IMG/VR virus record: IMGVR_UViG_3300044993_000048
Coordinates: 1-50,388 of that record
Strand: one strand, 5' to 3'
DNA: 50,388 nucleotides
DNA from: a virus
Lineage: Duplodnaviria; Caudoviricetes
The notes beneath the pieces are model-generated. The model saw only the letters and a list, made by a program, of their open reading frames with translations, was not told the origin of the DNA and made no database searches. Shown here in pieces: positions 45,845 to 50,388 of the stretch (its first letter is position 1; every line of letters starts with the position of its first letter). A program made the position numbers and the translations under genes.

Positions 45845-47055
45845 TCAACCCTCGCTCTACGCCCGCCAATGATGACCTCATCACCACTGACGATCTCGCC
45901 GCGATCCAGAGCGCTTTGAGCTTCCGCTTCAGTCGCAAATTCCATGATCTTCGACGACGGCCTGCGATCCCTGCCAGCACTGAAACGAGCCCTGCGCTCA
46001 TCAGCAATCCTGTTGCGGTAGGCGTTGACTTGCTCAGGCGTCATGTCACGGAACAGGTCGGCATTCGCGCGAATGAAATCGTCCGCGCTTCGCTCCGCAT
46101 CCCTGACAGGATCTTCTTGCCTGCCACGCTCGCTTGCGAATTCCAGCGCCTGCTTTTTCACACGATTAAGCTGAGCGCCAGTAAGCGGTTTGCCAGTCTT
46201 CGGATCCACGCCGTAGACAGCCATGAATTGGTTGTACCGGTACTCGGTCTCGAACTTCGGGCCGCTCATGTCAGCACGCTGGTCTGCCTTCAATGGCTCT
46301 CCAGTCTCTGGGTCTCGCATCAACATCAGCGATCCATCACTCCGGTACAGGTACATCTTCCCGTCCTTCGTAGTGATTTCGCCTTTGATGCCAGCCTCTC
46401 GTTCCTTCGCAATCGCATCAATCGCAGAATCAGCAAGAGCGCCTTTTGCCTTAGCGCGGCCTGCCTCGATTTCCAACGCAGATCTGTCGTAGGCGCGAAT
46501 GTCAGCCTGTTTCGCAGCCTTCATGTCTCGGTAGCTTCGGAGCGTAGTAATGCCCGCAGCGCCGATGGCCCCTCCGATGTCTCCGCCATACGCTTGGCCA
46601 GAAGAATTCGCCATGAGGTTCAGACCAAACTCCATCAAGAGCATGGCCTTTTCTTCACGACTGAGCTTGTCAGTAGGGCGTGTCCCAAGCTGAGCCATCA
46701 TGTTGTCGTAGGCTTCATCAATCGTGACGCCAGCCTCTGCAAGCGTTTGTTCTAGCTTGCCGACCTCCGCTTGGCGCACCTGCGCTGGGGCCTCTTTGAA
46801 CACATCACGGAAAGTTACGCCTTCTTTCTGTGACGATTCCTTAATGACCCGCTCGTGCTGCTCGATAGGCTTGATCGGCTCTGGACCCACAGGAGGCTCA
46901 ATGACCTGAGCCGTTCGCTGCGGACGCATCAAAACGGACTGCTGAGGCTGTACCCGACCCTGCTCCTGCAACGGATATCCAACCGACGGACGCTGAAGCA
47001 GCGAAGCCAGACGGGTACCGTAACCCTGCATGTATTGGGAAAGTGCTGAAGGCAT
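45841..47055 (-). CDS. Putative internal virion/ejection protein
   Basis: ~404 aa, helical; LMEFGLNLMA...GGAIGAAG amphipathic segment; upstream of the giant gene. Confidence 0.65.
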   Translation of the reverse strand: MPSALSQYMQGYGTRLASLLQRPSVGYPLQEQGRVQPQQSVLMRPQRTAQVIEPPVGPEPIKPIEQHERVIKESSQKEGVTFRDVFKEAPAQVRQAEVGKLEQTLAEAGVTIDEAYDNMMAQLGTRPTDKLSREEKAMLLMEFGLNLMANSSGQAYGGDIGGAIGAAGITTLRSYRDMKAAKQADIRAYDRSALEIEAGRAKAKGALADSAIDAIAKEREAGIKGEITTKDGKMYLYRSDGSLMLMRDPETGEPLKADQRADMSGPKFETEYRYNQFMAVYGVDPKTGKPLTGAQLNRVKKQALEFASERGRQEDPVRDAERSADDFIRANADLFRDMTPEQVNAYRNRIADERRARFSAGRDRRPSSKIMEFATEAEAQSALDRGEIVSGDEVIIGGRRARVD

Positions 47056-47065
47056 GTTGTTACCC

Positions 47066-48043
47066 TTACCTATAGCGACCAAGGGCCTGCGACATCGACA
47101 CGCCAGAATCTCTGTGACCCATCAACGCCGTCAAAGAAGGGGCCACGGCAGCTTCAGCCAGAGAGGGCGCGGCTACTGCGGCCGCTTTCCCTAAGCCAGC
47201 CAAACCCAAAGATGCGCCTCCAGTGAAGTAGGCAGTAGCGACCGTGGCGGCAGCGCCTAATATTTGGCCCAACGCGCCGCCCTTCTCTCTCGTCGTGTCG
47301 GTCTGCGTCGATGACGCTGGAACCCTCAACGACTCAATAAGAGGCCCAAGGTTTCGGATGTTCCAGTCACGGTTCTCGATGAACTGCTGGTAATCGAAAT
47401 CGAGCTTGGCCTGCTCCAGAACGCGGGATAGGCCGCCCGTCGCCATCAGATCCTGAATCTGCGCGGAGTTCATCCGAGAGATGTCGCCGCCCACCCTCGC
47501 ATATGCGTCTGCGGCGCGCAGCTTCCTCTCTTCATCCCTGAAGAACATCTCCTGAGCGTTGGCCCATGCGTCGTAGTTGGCCTTGCTCGTGATGTCCCCA
47601 ACCGTCTCCAGATAGTTCTTGTCGAGCTGACTTTCGAGGAGCGATTGGCGATCACCGCCGAAAGCGTTCACCTTGGCGGCGTTGTTCCTGAGCTGGGTGC
47701 GTCTGGCGTCAAATGCTTCGCCAGTTTTCCGCAAAGCCGGGTTGAGAACGTTCTCCAGATAAGGGTTCATGTACTCCCTGACTCGATCTCCGCTGTACGC
47801 CTGCATCGAGTCAAGCTGAGCACCAGCCCTATCCAAATACGAACGCGCCTCGGATCCGCCTTGCTGGGCGAGACCCAAGGCGGTCTGCTCGTTCTCACTG
47901 AGCCCAGCTACCCGCTGGCCGCCGTAGGCTTGATACGGCTGGGATCCAATCTGCCTGCCAAGCGCGACGGCCTGCTGAGAGCCAGCTTCCAGCCAAGGAG
48001 CTATCTCAGTCCGGCGGGTCGTGGTTGTTTTCTTGCTGCCCAT
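47066..48043 (-). CDS. Putative ejection/pilot protein
   Basis: MGSKKTTTT start, Y.GQRVAGLS, YMNPY, AFGGDRQ, C-terminal hydrophobic Gly/Ala helix. Confidence 0.75.
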   Translation of the reverse strand: MGSKKTTTTRRTEIAPWLEAGSQQAVALGRQIGSQPYQAYGGQRVAGLSENEQTALGLAQQGGSEARSYLDRAGAQLDSMQAYSGDRVREYMNPYLENVLNPALRKTGEAFDARRTQLRNNAAKVNAFGGDRQSLLESQLDKNYLETVGDITSKANYDAWANAQEMFFRDEERKLRAADAYARVGGDISRMNSAQIQDLMATGGLSRVLEQAKLDFDYQQFIENRDWNIRNLGPLIESLRVPASSTQTDTTREKGGALGQILGAAATVATAYFTGGASLGLAGLGKAAAVAAPSLAEAAVAPSLTALMGHRDSGVSMSQALGRYR

Positions 48044-48509
48044 TCTTTGGCGTCCTCATGTAGTTCCCACCCATGTAGGTGTAACCATGACGACGCGCGA
48101 AGAACTCATCGAGCTCTCTGGGCTGCGACGCATTGATCCCGAATAGCATCGGGACCTGCTGCGAATCGCAGAACAGCTCAGCCTCTCGAAGCAGCAAAGC
48201 GGCGGCCCCGCGAGACCGGAAGGATGGCACTACGTAGTACCACTCTTCAGCCATCGCTACGTCGTCACTCCAAGGCTCCTTGAAGGGCGTCAGAGCAAGA
48301 ACACCCACAATTCGCCCGGAGATCTCGGCAACGGCCACAAAGGACATGCCCAACGTTTGCACCACGTACTGCATGGCCTTCTGATCGTTCACTCGGGCGA
48401 ACTGAACAGCCCCGGTTTCCTCCCAGCACTGTTTCAGCAGGCGCACGATGTTAGCGGCGTCTAGCGGCGCGGCTGGCCGGATTTTAAGACGCTGGCTCTG
48501 CTCTGTCAT
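48006..48509 (-). CDS. GNAT acetyltransferase
   Basis: IRPA...D, GRIVGV, WYYVVPSFRSRGAAALL acetyl-CoA motif. Confidence 0.85.
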   Translation of the reverse strand: MTEQSQRLKIRPAAPLDAANIVRLLKQCWEETGAVQFARVNDQKAMQYVVQTLGMSFVAVAEISGRIVGVLALTPFKEPWSDDVAMAEEWYYVVPSFRSRGAAALLLREAELFCDSQQVPMLFGINASQPRELDEFFARRHGYTYMGGNYMRTPKNGQQENNHDPPD

Positions 48510-48518
48510 GTCGGCCGC

Positions 48519-49112
48519 TCATTTGCGCTTCCGGCGCTTCGTGGGCTGGCTCCGGGCAGCTTCATTATCGGCCGGTTGCTCAGCGACCTTCTTGGTCATG
48601 GTCGCAACCAGATCCTGCGTCACGTTCATGTAGTGACGCCCCGCAAACATTTGTGTTTCTTGAGATTTTTGGACCCACGGATCCCCAATGGTCCCGGTAA
48701 TGACCATCTCGAAATCGCATTTCAGGTCGTACAAACCATGAGTCAGGCGGTTGGCATCCCGGAACGGCTTCTGGAAGTAGAAGAATGACTCGGGAGCCAC
48801 AGGCGGCCACTCGTGGGTGAAGTCCTGCACCGCACGAGCACTGTTGTAGGCCGGGACAATCACCGTGACCTTGGCACCCGGCTTCAAAATCCGATACACC
48901 TCGTCCATGAACTTCCCGCGTAGCTTCCCCGGAATGTGCTCGAAAACGTGGGAGCACCACGCCTCATCCACCGAGTTTGACTTGATCGGCCAAGGGAATT
49001 TCGTCAGATCATGAACGATGTCCGCGCCGTCATAAATGTCGATCCCAGTGAACCGCTCATTCGTCTGCGGATCAACATAGGGATTCTGTCCACAACCGAT
49101 ATCCAGTTTCAT
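48519..49112 (-). CDS. Class I SAM-dependent methyltransferase
   Basis: KLDIGCG, GIDI...ADIVHDL..FPWP, SHVFEHI, EVYRILKPG; start re-called at 49112 (GAGGAGGA). Confidence 0.88.
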   Translation of the reverse strand: MKLDIGCGQNPYVDPQTNERFTGIDIYDGADIVHDLTKFPWPIKSNSVDEAWCSHVFEHIPGKLRGKFMDEVYRILKPGAKVTVIVPAYNSARAVQDFTHEWPPVAPESFFYFQKPFRDANRLTHGLYDLKCDFEMVITGTIGDPWVQKSQETQMFAGRHYMNVTQDLVATMTKKVAEQPADNEAARSQPTKRRKRK

Positions 49113-49190
49113 TTGGTCCTCCTCGTAGTAGCGCAAGATTGATGCGGAGCGGTTGCGCATGCCGCTCGGCAGTGCAAGCCTTGATACGGC

Positions 49191-49913
49191 TTACCAGACA
49201 ATGTCGTTCTCGTGGTCGTAATGACCCACCTTGATGCGGGTGTCGCACGCGAATCTGAATCCATGCTTGCGAGCGCGCTCATAAAAGTACAAGTCTTGAG
49301 TATACGAGCGCGACCCAGTCGCAGGATCCCATCGCTGCTCCGTCACAAACCAAGGCTTCGGCACCTTCTTGAACATGGACATCTTGAAAAGGTTGAATCC
49401 CATGCCAAGACCATACGCTTCGTGAAGCTGCTCCAGCTTCGGCTTCTGCGGACGGAAATTGAGCTGCGGGTCTGTCACGTCCCCGTAGATCATCGGCTGC
49501 CCTAGTTCACCCTTCGTCCAGTACAAAGCGCCCACCACGTCATACTTGGTCATCCCCTCATACAGCTTGAGAAGAGCGTCTGGCGGAGGCAGGCAATCAT
49601 CCTCCCAAGTCAGCATGTATTTGAACTTGGGCAGCGCGTTCTGAATCCACTCCACTGCTTGATTGTAAGCAACACCTACCTCCATGCCGGACATGAAGAT
49701 CGGACCAACAACCTGTTGGTTCATCGGCCGCATGAGGTTCATCAAGCTATTGACCCAACGCGGGGAGATGCTTTTCCCTCCCCTTGTAGGAACGACGATA
49801 ACCGTTGAAAGGTCTCTTGCTGTCTGACCGGCCTCAAGCCTGCTTAACGCATTCTCAAGGTCAGAGTTATGCCTGCCCTCAACGTTGCTCGGCAAAATGA
49901 TCTGCGGTCTCAC
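49191..49913 (-). CDS. GT-A fold (GT2-like) glycosyltransferase
   Basis: VVPTRG, WEDD (DxD-like), DVVGALY, GMGF.L, QDLYF..RA...GF....DTRIKVGH. Confidence 0.8.
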   Translation of the reverse strand: MRPQIILPSNVEGRHNSDLENALSRLEAGQTARDLSTVIVVPTRGGKSISPRWVNSLMNLMRPMNQQVVGPIFMSGMEVGVAYNQAVEWIQNALPKFKYMLTWEDDCLPPPDALLKLYEGMTKYDVVGALYWTKGELGQPMIYGDVTDPQLNFRPQKPKLEQLHEAYGLGMGFNLFKMSMFKKVPKPWFVTEQRWDPATGSRSYTQDLYFYERARKHGFRFACDTRIKVGHYDHENDIVW

Positions 49914-49932
49914 AATACCCTCCTCTCATACC

Positions 49933-50388
49933 CTACGCAGTAATCCAAGCTATAGAAGGAAGCCCGCCGCTAACGTTCGGATTATCCCCAGTATCGCTGG
50001 GGACCGTGCCGTTAACGGTTAGTGTACCGGCTGTATCACTGCCGTCAGGCGTCCAGACGTTTGTAAGCGAGTCGTCCGTCAGCGGGTAGTAATACCACCG
50101 AGCCGTGGCACTAAGGTCGTTGGGGTTACCACCATCTTCAAGCGCTTGACACTCGGAGTCCGAGAGCCGACGAGTGAATGCAAAAACGTGCGCAATTTTG
50201 CCGCCGTAAGCGTCAAGGAACTCACCGCTTCCGATGCGCAGTGTGGTGACGTTTGCCGCCGACATTGCCGTATACGTGTCGGTGTCGCCAGTCTGAACTC
50301 CGTTAAAGCGAATGTCGATGGTGGTTGCACTTAGTCTGCCGATCAGAAGAATCCATTGGTTCTTTGCCTCTACGTTCGTACTTTGGGC
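49933..50388 (-). CDS. LamG/ConA-like domain virion protein, 5'-truncated by the window edge
   Basis: Frame open to the window edge; W..L.G....I.FNG, LRIG....YGGKIAHV..F.RRLS.SE..AL. Confidence 0.7.
   Translation of the reverse strand, partial: AQSTNVEAKNQWILLIGRLSATTIDIRFNGVQTGDTDTYTAMSAANVTTLRIGSGEFLDAYGGKIAHVFAFTRRLSDSECQALEDGGNPNDLSATARWYYYPLTDDSLTNVWTPDGSDTAGTLTVNGTVPSDTGDNPNVSGGLPSIAWITA

Noticed and set aside
1-50388. Stop-codon recoding, diversity-generating retroelement, introns or inteins
   Set aside because: Genes are intact in the standard code with all three stop codons used; no reverse transcriptase, TR/VR pair or splicing motifs seen

Overview
About 50 kb of a tailed dsDNA phage genome, most likely podovirus-type, with a probable proteobacterial host. 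The window holds no host genes, integrase, repressor, DNA polymerase or primase. Left arm (- strand): terminase small and large subunits, an inserted block of small early-type genes, P22-like portal, GroES-like protein, scaffold, decoration protein, Mu gpT-like major capsid protein and head-tail adaptor. Centre: a + strand DUF932 island, RusA, a Ref/DUF968-like nuclease and an SF2 helicase. These are followed by a ~600 bp highly structured non-coding region, then a + strand early operon (HExxH metallopeptidase, RecT, YqaJ exonuclease, SSB, YegP-like protein) containing an aberrant 114-nt tRNA-like RNA. Right arm (- strand): LamG-like tail protein (partial), GT-A glycosyltransferase, SAM methyltransferase, GNAT, ejection proteins, a 4153-aa polyvalent protein and a lysis cassette interrupted by secreted FN3 and Fis-HTH genes. 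Most notable: a candidate ~450-nt structured ncRNA or RNA-based origin, the tRNA-like RNA with enlarged arms, and the polyvalent protein whose modules each end in an (F/Y)S motif. All protein calls come from motif recognition by eye, not database searches.
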